Assembly: GCA_963719505.1 (NCBI GenBank)
Contig: CAVRCF010000002.1
Span: 224,001-288,000 of the forward strand
Origin: Halobacteriovoraceae bacterium
GTDB lineage: Bacteria > Bdellovibrionota > Bacteriovoracia > Bacteriovoracales > Bacteriovoracaceae
DNA length: 64,000 nucleotides
Direction of reading: 5' to 3'
The stretch's first letter is position 1. Each line of letters opens with the position of its first letter. Below the pieces are notes generated by a model. That model did not search any database, was not told the origin of the DNA, and saw only the letters and a program-made list of their open reading frames with translations. Made by a program: the position numbers and the translations under genes. Positions 51,469 through 61,437 of this stretch are shown here, piece by piece.

Positions 51469-52164
51469 CTACTTTCTGAATCTTAGCTTAAGCAAATCGA
51501 GAATCATTTGCATTCCGTCGCGAATAATACTTACGCGACTTCCGTCTTTTTGAACCCATTGGACGGGCATCTGCTTAATCTTATATTTGGGCTCAGCTTT
51601 TAATAGAATTTCCAAATCAAAACTAAAACCAAGAAAATGGAGATTGGAAAATAAATCTATCGCCACTTTTGTTTTAAAAAGCTTAAAGCCACACTGCGTG
51701 TCTTGTGTTTTAAAATTTACGATGGAGTGGACGATCGTATAGAAGACTTTTGAACTTAATCTTCTTTTTAAAGAACTGGTAACTTGGCTTTGAGAGTGAA
51801 AGCGATTGGCCACAACGAGATCGACATCTGTTTGAGTCATTTCTTCATAAAAATGATTAATACATTTCAAAGAAGTAGAAAGATCGAGGTCCATGATGAG
51901 AACCTGGTCAGTTTCAACTTGTTTTATACCTGCGGCAATGGCGCCACCTTTACCTGAATTCTGTGTTAAGGATATAACCTGAATATCGATGGGAAAGTCT
52001 TGCGCGAGGGCTTTGGTCTCATCTGTCGACCCATCATCGACGATGATGAATTTTACAGGAATGGATGAATTTGTCTCAGTCCAAGCTTTAAGTTGCAAAA
52101 GTGAACTAGGAAGTCGCTTCGCTTCATTGTAGCAAGGAATAAGCAAGGTAAGCGTTGGCTTCAA
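51469..52164 (-). CDS. GT2 polyprenyl-phosphate glycosyltransferase
   Basis: IPCYNE, VDDGSTD, GKGGA, MDLD, DTQCGFKLF. Confidence 0.9.
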   Translation of the reverse strand: MKPTLTLLIPCYNEAKRLPSSLLQLKAWTETNSSIPVKFIIVDDGSTDETKALAQDFPIDIQVISLTQNSGKGGAIAAGIKQVETDQVLIMDLDLSTSLKCINHFYEEMTQTDVDLVVANRFHSQSQVTSSLKRRLSSKVFYTIVHSIVNFKTQDTQCGFKLFKTKVAIDLFSNLHFLGFSFDLEILLKAEPKYKIKQMPVQWVQKDGSRVSIIRDGMQMILDLLKLRFRK

Positions 52165-52234
52165 TATGAGTCCTTTAAATCATTAATTATACACTTTTTA
52201 TTTAAAGCAGCAAAACTTTGTTCTATAATGGGTT

Positions 52235-53647
52235 ATGACCTTTAAAGAAATACTGCACAGAGACTGGTGCTATTTTTTATTTATCCCTCTTCTGATAGCG
52301 GCTTTTTCCTTCAAAGTTGGTAGTGGGTGGTACTTCCATAATGATGGAGTCTCTTTGGCTTGTTCAATGGAGTCATTTTCAGATTTAATACATCCAGGGA
52401 AATGGGCCGTAAAAGGTTGCACGTATGATCATCAACCTCTTTATTCTCTCTTTGTTAAAGTCGTAACTTTCGTTTTTGGATCAGATCTCAAGATCTTTCA
52501 GTGGATAAATGTCCTTTTTCATCTACTGGCTTGGTTCACTTTGACTAAAACTTTGGCCAAGAAATCAAATATCCTTTTTGCTGGTGCAGTCGTCTTTTTT
52601 TTCATGAGCTCTTTTTCCATTTTATACTGGATTCAAGAACTAAGAATGTACAGTCTGTATTTGTTGGGGTGTTTTTTTGTCGTGGCCGAGATTGAAAAAG
52701 TTGATCTCTCTCAAAGAATTTCGACAAAGAAAAAGGTACTTCATCTTTTAAGTTATTTTAATTTCTTTCTCTATTTGATCCCTTTGGGAGCTTACATCTT
52801 TACTCATATACGTCTTTATAAAAAGGCTGTCTCTCGCTCTTTTCTTTTTTTTGTAGGAGTTCTGTGCCTTTTTGTTTTTATTAAGCTGCCCTCAATGTAT
52901 TGGTGGCGAGTCATTATGAGAAGCGGAGGGCAAAATGCGGCCTTTGAGGATGTCGTCAGTATTTTTGACAAGGGATTCTTTCAAGGGGGAAGTCTCTATA
53001 TCATCTGTGCTTGTATCCTTACTCTCTTTAGTCTTTTATGGAGTCTTTTAAAAGATCGAAAAAATATTAAAACTCAAACTTACTATCTTTTGATTCTCGC
53101 CACTTTTACTGTGGCCTTTGTTACTTCAGTAGGACTTCAAATGCACGAGATAGAGCTGAGATATTTTCTCTACTTGTATCCCATTGTTATCGTTTTTTCT
53201 TTTAAAGCTTTGAGTCATATACTTTCAAATAAAGGGGCAAAGATATTTGTCTCAGTAGCATTAATGGCAATGGGGTTTTTCAACTCAACTCAGATGCATC
53301 GGAGAGGGGAGCTTAACGGCGGAGAGATAAAAGCCAGTGCACAGTTTGTCTCAAACCTTCTTGTGAACCAAGATGAAGTTTGGACAAATGATCCGTATTT
53401 TTATTTTAATTATTTAGGTGTTTATGCTGGCTTGATAAATAAAAAAACAACTCAAGTCAAAGATATAAAGAACTTAAAAAAAGTGGATAAAAAGTCTTAT
53501 TTTATTACGGTTCTTTTAAATAAAAAAGAGCATATTAAAAGACTAGAGGATAAGAAAATTAATTATAAAATGATCTATCACAAAGAAAACTTTCTTGGAT
53601 TCATGAGTATAGTGAGTGAAATTACTGGGGACAAGACTCAACAGTAA
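52235..53647 (+). CDS. GT-C-like polytopic glycosyltransferase
   Basis: DHQPLY and QELRMYSL motifs, many TM helices. Confidence 0.65.
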   Translation: MTFKEILHRDWCYFLFIPLLIAAFSFKVGSGWYFHNDGVSLACSMESFSDLIHPGKWAVKGCTYDHQPLYSLFVKVVTFVFGSDLKIFQWINVLFHLLAWFTLTKTLAKKSNILFAGAVVFFFMSSFSILYWIQELRMYSLYLLGCFFVVAEIEKVDLSQRISTKKKVLHLLSYFNFFLYLIPLGAYIFTHIRLYKKAVSRSFLFFVGVLCLFVFIKLPSMYWWRVIMRSGGQNAAFEDVVSIFDKGFFQGGSLYIICACILTLFSLLWSLLKDRKNIKTQTYYLLILATFTVAFVTSVGLQMHEIELRYFLYLYPIVIVFSFKALSHILSNKGAKIFVSVALMAMGFFNSTQMHRRGELNGGEIKASAQFVSNLLVNQDEVWTNDPYFYFNYLGVYAGLINKKTTQVKDIKNLKKVDKKSYFITVLLNKKEHIKRLEDKKINYKMIYHKENFLGFMSIVSEITGDKTQQ

Positions 53648-55202
53648 CTTTCTCTACGTTGATCCCACTATTAGAACTCGACTTTGCTGTTACTATTACT
53701 TCCTTGAGCTTTTTTCGAAGTGAGAGAATAAGTTTGAGTTCAGAGTCAATCTTATCTTCAATTCGGCTTTCGTTATCGATTTCAATCATAAATTCTGAAG
53801 GTTCATTAGAATAGTTTTGAAGGTTAATGGTCACGCATTGACCTGGGACAAATTTTTGATTTATCTTTGTGAATTTAAGTGCAGCCCCTTTAGGTAATAC
53901 AATCTCTTTTTTTAAATCACTATAGGGAATAGAGAATTGAGCTTGAGGAATATTTTTGAGAGAATTGCTGGCATCGATTTTCAAGTCAAACCCAATTAAA
54001 TGGTATTGAAGCCCCTTTGCAAGAAGGAGGTGGTCTCCAAATCTTGTGCATTTTCCTTCTTCACCTAAACTAGTAGAAGCCCAAATATGGTCGGGCTTGT
54101 AGGTGTGCTGTTTTAGAATCGAGAGCATAGGAATCGTCCATCTGGGAGGAGACCATTTGTTTTCTTGTGAGGGCAAAATTCGACATCCGATAAAAGAGGT
54201 GTCGGGGATAGAGAAACTGGACCATATGACGAAAGCTTTTAAACTTAGAAGGACCAAGATAACGGGGCAAAAAAGCAGGTAGCCTTTTGGAATAATGAAT
54301 GATGGTAAAAATCGAAAGAGGGCAAAGATGATGATCACTGTCGGCACGAGAAAGAGTCTGATGGAGAAGATATTTAAATAATAAGCCTCTGGCGTTCTCT
54401 TTAGCATCGCGATCGAAAGATAAAAAAGGACTGTTGCGGCAAGAATCTTCGCAAGCTTTGATTTTGAAGACAGCAGTAAGATTCCTGATACGAGAACGAC
54501 ACTCAATGAGAAACGACTAAAGAGATCATTTGAAAGACTTAAACTCGATATATAGGATTGATTGGCGACGAATAATTTATATTTGAAGGCGATAAATAAA
54601 AGGAGAAAGAAAAATTCAAACCCAAGAAACTTACGCATGGGAGAGTCTTTAACCTTTAATAAATAATGTCCAATAAGGCACAAAATAAAAAGGATGCCCA
54701 GGTCATGGCCAAAAAGAATAACGAGATGACAAAGGAGAAAGAGGACGATCTCCCAACTTTTGAGTCGATCTTTTAAAGCCAATCCTAAGGTCATGGTACC
54801 AAAGGTTACCGAGAGGTTTATAGTACCTATTGGGAACATTAAACCAAAAGGAATGACTAAAAAGAGCACGGCCCAGGCAAATTTCTTTGTGCGTGGCTCT
54901 TGAGATTTACTACTTGCAAAAAGGCCTAAAGAAATTAGCGGGATAAAGTATAAAGTTGCTTTAAAAACCCAATAAGAAAAGGGGCTTGGTCCAAAAACCT
55001 TTAAAGATAGGATGGTTGGGATTTGGAAGATAAAATCACTATAGCGATTCCATAAATGATCAATAAAGAAGCCCTTATTGACCAATTGATAGAGAAAATG
55101 AGTTCCATCATTCCAAAGAGCGGCATCGGTAAAGGTGAGAAGAAAAAAGAAGAGTAAATAGATTAAAAAGACTCGTCTTTCTTTGACATTTATAAGTTCC
55201 AC
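53622..55202 (-). CDS. Polytopic membrane protein, possibly GT-C-like
   Basis: ~10 TM helices, acidic first loop (WNDG), periplasmic C-domain. Confidence 0.5.
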   Translation of the reverse strand: MELINVKERRVFLIYLLFFFLLTFTDAALWNDGTHFLYQLVNKGFFIDHLWNRYSDFIFQIPTILSLKVFGPSPFSYWVFKATLYFIPLISLGLFASSKSQEPRTKKFAWAVLFLVIPFGLMFPIGTINLSVTFGTMTLGLALKDRLKSWEIVLFLLCHLVILFGHDLGILFILCLIGHYLLKVKDSPMRKFLGFEFFFLLLFIAFKYKLFVANQSYISSLSLSNDLFSRFSLSVVLVSGILLLSSKSKLAKILAATVLFYLSIAMLKRTPEAYYLNIFSIRLFLVPTVIIIFALFRFLPSFIIPKGYLLFCPVILVLLSLKAFVIWSSFSIPDTSFIGCRILPSQENKWSPPRWTIPMLSILKQHTYKPDHIWASTSLGEEGKCTRFGDHLLLAKGLQYHLIGFDLKIDASNSLKNIPQAQFSIPYSDLKKEIVLPKGAALKFTKINQKFVPGQCVTINLQNYSNEPSEFMIEIDNESRIEDKIDSELKLILSLRKKLKEVIVTAKSSSNSGINVEKVTVESCPQ

Positions 55203-55217
55203 GATTCTAATATAACA

Positions 55218-56315
55218 ATGGAATCAAAAAAAGAATACTTTAAAGTTTTAGATGTCTTAAGGGTCTGGGCAATTGTTGAAATTGTTCTTCATCACGCTAG
55301 ACTAGGAGACTTTTTTCATCTTAGAGCTTATATCTTTGCTGATTTCTTTTTTATTCTAAGTGGTTTTATTCTTTTTAAAAACGATTTTATAAAAGAAACG
55401 TTCTCTTTTGATGGCTTTGTTATAAAGCGCTTAATGAGACTTTATCCTCTTCACCTTGCAGCGACAATAGCTCTGTGTATCCACTTTCTGCTTTTGTCTC
55501 AAGGTATACCCGTTTTCAAAGATGGATCTCTTTACACTTTCTTTAACTATGTCTTTTTTTTACAGGGGCTAGGATTTAGAAAAATTTCAGATGGTGATTG
55601 GAATTATCCTTCCTGGGCCATCAGTGTAGAGTTTTGGTCAAATGTCATCTTTGCCTTGTTCTTAAGATATAAAAACAAAATAACATATTTGCTATTGGCC
55701 ATGCTGGGCTACTTGGTCATTTATTCAATAGAGGGACATCTCAATACTTTTACTTACAACTACTTTGGCTTTTTAAATTCAGGTATGGTGCGAGGGCTTT
55801 CAGGGATGTGCCTTGGGGCATTTTTGGCCACACTCAATTTTCATAAAGAGAAAGAGGCGTCAGTCTATATATGGACTTTGGCTGAAGTTCTGTCCGTTGC
55901 TGGGATCGTTTTATTATTAAAGTCTTCTCAGGACGAAACTTCACTCTATTTTGATTTTTTGGCCATGCCAGTTTTTGCTCTTATGATTCTTTATTTCTCA
56001 CAAGCTCAGGGACTTGTCTCTAAGCTTGTATTAAAGCTAAGAATTAATAAATTATCTATTTATGTTTTTGCTGCTTATCTTTTTCATATTCCAGCGTTGA
56101 AGATTATGTACGAAGGATTAAGGATTGGTGAAAAATACCAGGTTCCAACCTATATTGGACTGGTGGCCCTTTTAGCTGTGCTCTCTCATCACTTTGTTGA
56201 GAAGCCCTTTCGAAGGCTTGATCCAAATCAAGGAAAATTGAACTCATTCTGGGTTTTTAGTATTTTTGTTTTGCTCCTTATGGTTGTGGGGCTTATCGTA
56301 AAATTGATTGCTTAA
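55218..56315 (+). CDS. Acyltransferase 3 family O-acyltransferase
   Basis: LDVLR, FFFILSGF, KRLMRLYP, WNYPSWAISVEF, YLFH, VEKP. Confidence 0.9.
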   Translation: MESKKEYFKVLDVLRVWAIVEIVLHHARLGDFFHLRAYIFADFFFILSGFILFKNDFIKETFSFDGFVIKRLMRLYPLHLAATIALCIHFLLLSQGIPVFKDGSLYTFFNYVFFLQGLGFRKISDGDWNYPSWAISVEFWSNVIFALFLRYKNKITYLLLAMLGYLVIYSIEGHLNTFTYNYFGFLNSGMVRGLSGMCLGAFLATLNFHKEKEASVYIWTLAEVLSVAGIVLLLKSSQDETSLYFDFLAMPVFALMILYFSQAQGLVSKLVLKLRINKLSIYVFAAYLFHIPALKIMYEGLRIGEKYQVPTYIGLVALLAVLSHHFVEKPFRRLDPNQGKLNSFWVFSIFVLLLMVVGLIVKLIA

Positions 56316-56366
56316 AATAGTTTATGTTTTTAGACAACGAAGTCTTTTTGTAATACGGTTGTACTC

Positions 56367-57749
56367 ATGATGCGCATCTTCCTTTTTCTATTACTCTTAA
56401 GCACTGTGTGCTTTTCCAAAGTAAAAATGTCTAAAAATGATTATAGCTATGCTCTTCTTGACCTAAGCACCAATAAGCTCAAAGTAAAACACAACCAAGA
56501 TAAGCCTATGGTTCTAGCTTCAGTGAGTAAGCTCTTCACGATGCACTACGCTTTATCTCAGTTGGGTGGTGATTTTCAGTTCACCACAAATGTTTATTTC
56601 GATGGGAAAATTGATGGTGGAGTAGGCAGGGGAAAGTTGTATCTCGTGGGCTCTGGTGATCCCTATTTAGTAGTGCCAAATTTAATTTTCTTAATTCAAC
56701 AATTAAAAAAAGCTGGAATAAAAAAGCTCGATGGTGAGTTCTTCTATGATGACAGCCAGTTGGCATTTACCAAGAGACTTTCAAGCTTAGGCTTAGAGGA
56801 CCAGCCGGATAATCCATCAATGGGGGCTCTCAATATTGAATTTAATCGTTTTAAAATTTGGGGCAAAGGGGCATTGATTCACCCTCCACTTGAAAGCATA
56901 GAGCTTCAAAGTGCAGACAAAAGCTCCCATGGTCTAAAATTTGATTTTTTAGAAGATAAAAAAGTCGAGACGTGGCAAGTTCATAAAAAAGAAGACCTTC
57001 GCTATATTGAAGATCTTCCCATTCGAGATAGCTCTATTTTTACGGCGGAGTTTTTTCGCTTCCTGGGGAATCGTCATGGGCTAGAACTTCCTAAAGCTAA
57101 AACCGGGCTATGGGATAATAAAGGAGACCTCTTAGCTGTCCATTCAAGCTTGCCCTTGAGTAGACTTGCTTATTTAGGTCTGGAATACAGTAATAATCTC
57201 ATCGCTGAAACACTGTTAAAAAGGGCCGCTAAAGAGCAGTCTAAAAAAACTCTCAATAGTGAAGAAGCCTCAAAGGTTATGTATAAATGGCTTAAAGAGA
57301 ATTTTGGCAAAGTAGCTTGGAAGAATTCAAGTTTTAAAAATGGCTCTGGGTTAACGATTGATAATCAAGTAAGTGCCAAGACGATGGTGGAATATCTAAG
57401 AGACTTAGCAAATCACCAGTATGAGAAACAATCCTTTATGTCTCTTTTATCTATCAATTCTCATAGCGGAGGTTTGGCCAAAAGACTGCGCCATCCAAAG
57501 CATGCCTATAGAGTTTTTGGAAAAACAGGCTCTCTTTATTATGTTAGTAATTTAGCTGGCTATGTTATTGCTGACTCTGGTAAAAAGTACGCTTTTGCAA
57601 TTATGATGACTGATAAAGATAAAAGAGATCAATTAAATACTAAAAATTCATCTCAAAATAATGAGCTTAGACAAAAAAATAAAAGCTGGTTCTCTTCTTC
57701 AATTGGTCGACAGGATAAATTACTACAAAGTTGGATAAGCAATTTTTAG
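56367..57749 (+). CDS. dacB: D-Ala-D-Ala carboxypeptidase/endopeptidase PBP4 (S13)
   Basis: ASVSK, GSGDP, SNN, NGSGL, KTG. Confidence 0.9.
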   Translation: MMRIFLFLLLLSTVCFSKVKMSKNDYSYALLDLSTNKLKVKHNQDKPMVLASVSKLFTMHYALSQLGGDFQFTTNVYFDGKIDGGVGRGKLYLVGSGDPYLVVPNLIFLIQQLKKAGIKKLDGEFFYDDSQLAFTKRLSSLGLEDQPDNPSMGALNIEFNRFKIWGKGALIHPPLESIELQSADKSSHGLKFDFLEDKKVETWQVHKKEDLRYIEDLPIRDSSIFTAEFFRFLGNRHGLELPKAKTGLWDNKGDLLAVHSSLPLSRLAYLGLEYSNNLIAETLLKRAAKEQSKKTLNSEEASKVMYKWLKENFGKVAWKNSSFKNGSGLTIDNQVSAKTMVEYLRDLANHQYEKQSFMSLLSINSHSGGLAKRLRHPKHAYRVFGKTGSLYYVSNLAGYVIADSGKKYAFAIMMTDKDKRDQLNTKNSSQNNELRQKNKSWFSSSIGRQDKLLQSWISNF

Positions 57750-57778
57750 GTCGTTTTTATTTTTACGTGAGGGATAGA

Positions 57779-57806
57779 TGTCAGCCCTATATTGCAAGGG
57801 CTGACA
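57779..57806. terminator. Hairpin between convergent genes
   Basis: TGTCAGCCCT/AGGGCTGACA 10-bp stem. Confidence 0.6.
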
Positions 57807-57815
57807 GTGGTATTT

Positions 57816-58166
57816 TTAAATTTGTGTTTCAACTAAAATTTCATTTGGACTTTTGTGATTCGTGAGCTTTCCAGCCGTTTTGTCTAGAGACTTTAAAAGC
57901 TTCTGTCTCGCAGAGGTGATAGCTTTATGGATAGTATCAGACTCTGCACTTACACTTAGTGGCTTGTGGTTAGAAAGTCTTGCCTCTAAAAGGCATCTTT
58001 TGTCGTTTGGACCAGATTTGGCCGCATTCTCATCGCTTAGGTGAACTTCAATGCGAGTGAGGGCATTTTCGTATCTTTCAAAGGTAGAAGAAAAGCTCTC
58101 ATTGATAAACTCGTTAAGTTCAGCGCTTCCTTTGATATTGTGTCCTGTGTTAACTTGAATCTTCAT
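57816..58166 (-). CDS. HPF/RaiA family ribosome-associated protein
   Basis: MKIQVNT, TRIEVHLSDEN..KSG..DKRCLLEAR. Confidence 0.85.
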   Translation of the reverse strand: MKIQVNTGHNIKGSAELNEFINESFSSTFERYENALTRIEVHLSDENAAKSGPNDKRCLLEARLSNHKPLSVSAESDTIHKAITSARQKLLKSLDKTAGKLTNHKSPNEILVETQI

Positions 58167-58376
58167 GCTATCTCCTTGTTGTTATTCATCCAGACTATTA
58201 TAGCACCTTGATCGGGGCAATTAAGTGTGTAGATAATCTAGTTTATGAATAGAAATCGTAACATTTAGGCTCTAGGCCTGATACAGCTTGGACATAAAAG
58301 AGTCGTTTGTAATAATTTACACAGCTTCTGTTAGTCTCTTTAAAGTTATCGAGCTTTAAATTGGATAAAATTCACT

Positions 58377-58748
58377 ATGATGACGTTTAACTATTTTATT
58401 TATTCACATCTTTTAAGCTCTTTTTTAGTCGTTGCTTTCTTTGGCTTTACTTTGAGATTTTGGCGTCCTGAATTAGATCGGGCCCAAAAACGCAGAGTCT
58501 TTCGCATTTCAACTTTTATCTATATTCCAGTGGCACTGCTTATCGCTTATCAAAAATCGGCTCATCTAAGCTATGATATTAATTTGATAACTGCTTTGCT
58601 GATCAGTTTAGCCTTTGGTGGTGCAATGACGTTAAAAAATAAAGACTGGGCTTTTTGTTCAACTTTAATAGGTATGTTTTTAGGGATGCATTTTATTTGG
58701 GTCAAATATGTCGGAGAGGTCCTTTTGAGCTTTAGTATCTTGAGATAG
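58377..58748 (+). CDS. Membrane hypothetical protein
   Basis: 4 TM helices. Confidence 0.55.
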   Translation: MMTFNYFIYSHLLSSFLVVAFFGFTLRFWRPELDRAQKRRVFRISTFIYIPVALLIAYQKSAHLSYDINLITALLISLAFGGAMTLKNKDWAFCSTLIGMFLGMHFIWVKYVGEVLLSFSILR

Positions 58749-58810
58749 TCTCATGCTAAAAAGCTTGGCATCAACCAAGGAGATGTTAAGATCTATCAAG
58801 GAGAAATTGT

Positions 58811-59143
58811 ATGCCCCATATAGTCATTCAACATGATAAAAAAATAAAAGATGAAGTTAATCTTCCTAGGTTAGCTCAAGACCTTCACGATAAACTCGCA
58901 GACCAAGAGACGATTAGTCTTGAAGCGATTAAGACGCGAACGATTCAGATCGAAAATGTTATCATCGCTGATGGGTCAAATAATAAAATGATCCATATTG
59001 AGGTTCAGCTTCTGGCCGGAAGATCTCATGATCTTAAAGAGCATATGGCCTTAGAGCTGTTTACTACGGCCCAAAAGTCCCTGGAAAATAATGATTGTGC
59101 TCTAACAGTGAATATTTCAGAACTTGGAGTTTATAAAAAGTAG
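58811..59143 (+). CDS. Tautomerase / CHM isomerase-like protein
   Basis: N-terminal MPH, IKTR, IHIEVQLLAGRS. Confidence 0.8.
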   Translation: MPHIVIQHDKKIKDEVNLPRLAQDLHDKLADQETISLEAIKTRTIQIENVIIADGSNNKMIHIEVQLLAGRSHDLKEHMALELFTTAQKSLENNDCALTVNISELGVYKK

Positions 59144-59147
59144 ATTT

Positions 59148-60608
59148 CTATTTCGTATAAACCCTTCTGTGAGCAATGATAAGTAAGACAAGAGCTGTTA
59201 AACCCACAGCGAATCCAATGGGTTTACTGACAGACTCAGAGAGCCCAAATCCAATTCCTGCGGTCATAATATATGAAGCTGTCACAGCTGTTCCAATAAT
59301 GGCAGGGATGCTTGCAATCCAGTGAAATGTCTTTTTCACAAAGAGATACTTTACCGCAAGCCAAAGAACACTTGTCGATAAAAGCATATTTGAAAAAGCA
59401 AAGTAGCGCCAAATAAGAGAGAAATCAATCTTAGTCATAAAGTAGGCGATAATTAAAATAGGGATGGAGACAAGAAGTCTATTTTTTAAACTTTGAGAGA
59501 TATTAAAAGCATCAATGATGGTAAGGCGTAAAGATCTAAAGGCGGTATCTCCAGAAGTAATAGGAAAAATCGCAACAGATAATATGGCCATCACTCCTCC
59601 AAAAACACCTAAATATGAAGTGGCCACTTGTTTGACAACGAGACCAGGTCCACCCAGATCGAGAACACTTTTTAATTCAGCATAGCCATCTGGAAAAGCT
59701 GCAATACCAGCAAGGGCCCAAACACAAGCGACGACACCTTCAGCGAGCATCGCTCCATAATAGACCGGACGAACATATTTCTCATTGGTCAGACAGCGCG
59801 CGATTATAGGAGCTTGAGTAGAGTGAAATCCACTGATGGCACCACAGGTGATGGTGACAAAAAGAAGAGGCCAAATTGGTGGTCCATCGGGAGCTCTGGT
59901 TAAAAGATCACTCGTGAGATGATTGTGGTCAAGGAAGCTAAAGATATTTTTTATCTCTGGAAGCGCAGGCGCATTGATTAATAAAGAGATTGCAATAGAG
60001 ACTGTCATCAGCACCATGAGAAGTCCAAATGCGGGATAAAATTTAGTGATGATTTTATCAATAGGAAGAAGTGTAGCCAAAAAGTAGTAGGCCAAAATAA
60101 GGAGAACCCAAAAAGTATTATTTGAGAACATGGTATTACTAAAAATATCGAGATTACTAATCAGCCCTGCTGGAGACATGATAAAAACAACACCAACAAA
60201 AAATAAAAGCATCGCTGTAAAAAGCAGCATAATCGCTTTGAAATAGATATTAAAATAGTGCCCCGCAATTTCAGGTAAACTCTTACCGTCCTCTTTAATA
60301 CTTAAGACACCGGAGAAAAAATCGTGAACCGACCCTCCAATAATATTTCCAAGAACAATCCACACAAGGGCCACTGGACCGTAGAGGGCTCCGAGAATCG
60401 GACCAAAGATTGGTCCGACACCTGCGATATTTAAAAATTGAATAAGAAAGGCTTTTAGGGGAGAGACGGGAACATAATCAACTCCATCTTCAAAACGAGA
60501 AAGGGGAGTCTGGGCTTTGGGATCAATTTTCGCCTGCTTTTCCACAAAGGGACTGTAGAACTTGTAGGCCAAGGCCAAAAGAGTAAGGCAGAGTATAAAG
60601 ATCAGCAT
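59148..60608 (-). CDS. cstA: Carbon starvation protein CstA family transporter
   Basis: DGVDYVP, IAGVGPIFGP, TITCGAISGFH, TSGDTAFR. Confidence 0.92.
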   Translation of the reverse strand: MLIFILCLTLLALAYKFYSPFVEKQAKIDPKAQTPLSRFEDGVDYVPVSPLKAFLIQFLNIAGVGPIFGPILGALYGPVALVWIVLGNIIGGSVHDFFSGVLSIKEDGKSLPEIAGHYFNIYFKAIMLLFTAMLLFFVGVVFIMSPAGLISNLDIFSNTMFSNNTFWVLLILAYYFLATLLPIDKIITKFYPAFGLLMVLMTVSIAISLLINAPALPEIKNIFSFLDHNHLTSDLLTRAPDGPPIWPLLFVTITCGAISGFHSTQAPIIARCLTNEKYVRPVYYGAMLAEGVVACVWALAGIAAFPDGYAELKSVLDLGGPGLVVKQVATSYLGVFGGVMAILSVAIFPITSGDTAFRSLRLTIIDAFNISQSLKNRLLVSIPILIIAYFMTKIDFSLIWRYFAFSNMLLSTSVLWLAVKYLFVKKTFHWIASIPAIIGTAVTASYIMTAGIGFGLSESVSKPIGFAVGLTALVLLIIAHRRVYTK

Positions 60609-60706
60609 TATTTACATCCGTTATCAAAAGTTTTACTTTATTATAACGATAACAGAGTCGATTGTTCAAATGAAAGCTCAGGTTAAGAAAGTTTTAAAAG
60701 AGGACA

Positions 60707-61426
60707 ATGATGTGTATCGCCTTCATTAAAAAATCTAAATTAAAAACCATTGTTCTTTTCAATAGGGATGAATCTTACCTTCGCCAAACAAGTCCTATGA
60801 CCGTGGAGTCTTGTTATATTGCCGGAAGAGATATAAAAGCGGGGGGAACTTGGCTTGCTGTTGATAAGAAAAGCGGTAACTTTTCATTTGTAACAAATAT
60901 AAGAGACAAGTCTTTGGTAAAAGATGATAAGAAATCCAGAGGAGAGATCCCTTTGTCTTTACTCTCAAAGGAAAATGTCTACGGAGAAGATTACAATCCT
61001 TTTAATGCTATTGTTGGAGATAAAGATTCCTTTTTTTATCAAAACTATCTGATGAATAAACCTGTCCCCTTAGTTATTGAAAAAGGGGGCTTTGGTATCT
61101 CCAATGAAATTCTTCCAAGTTTGTGGCCCAAGATAGAACTTGGAAAAAAGAAATTAGATGAACTTGATGAATATGACTCTAATGAAAACCTTATCCCAAA
61201 GCTTCTCGATTTAATGGGCAACTCTTTAACTTTTGATTTTACTCCTATAGGAACTGGCTTTTCAAAGGAGCAGGAGCATCTTTTATCTTCTATCTTTATC
61301 AAGTCTAGAGATTATGGAACGGTTTCTACGACTATTCTTATCTATGAAAAGAAAACTGTAGCAATTTTTGAGAAAGACTATATAAACAAGGTCGAGTTCT
61401 ATCATCAGCTAAGACTTGAAGATTAG
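60707..61426 (+). CDS. NRDE/TANGO2 family protein
   Basis: MC start, NRDE, GGTWL, SRG, YGTVS. Confidence 0.88.
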   Translation: MMCIAFIKKSKLKTIVLFNRDESYLRQTSPMTVESCYIAGRDIKAGGTWLAVDKKSGNFSFVTNIRDKSLVKDDKKSRGEIPLSLLSKENVYGEDYNPFNAIVGDKDSFFYQNYLMNKPVPLVIEKGGFGISNEILPSLWPKIELGKKKLDELDEYDSNENLIPKLLDLMGNSLTFDFTPIGTGFSKEQEHLLSSIFIKSRDYGTVSTTILIYEKKTVAIFEKDYINKVEFYHQLRLED

Positions 61427-61437
61427 AAGTATTTTTC

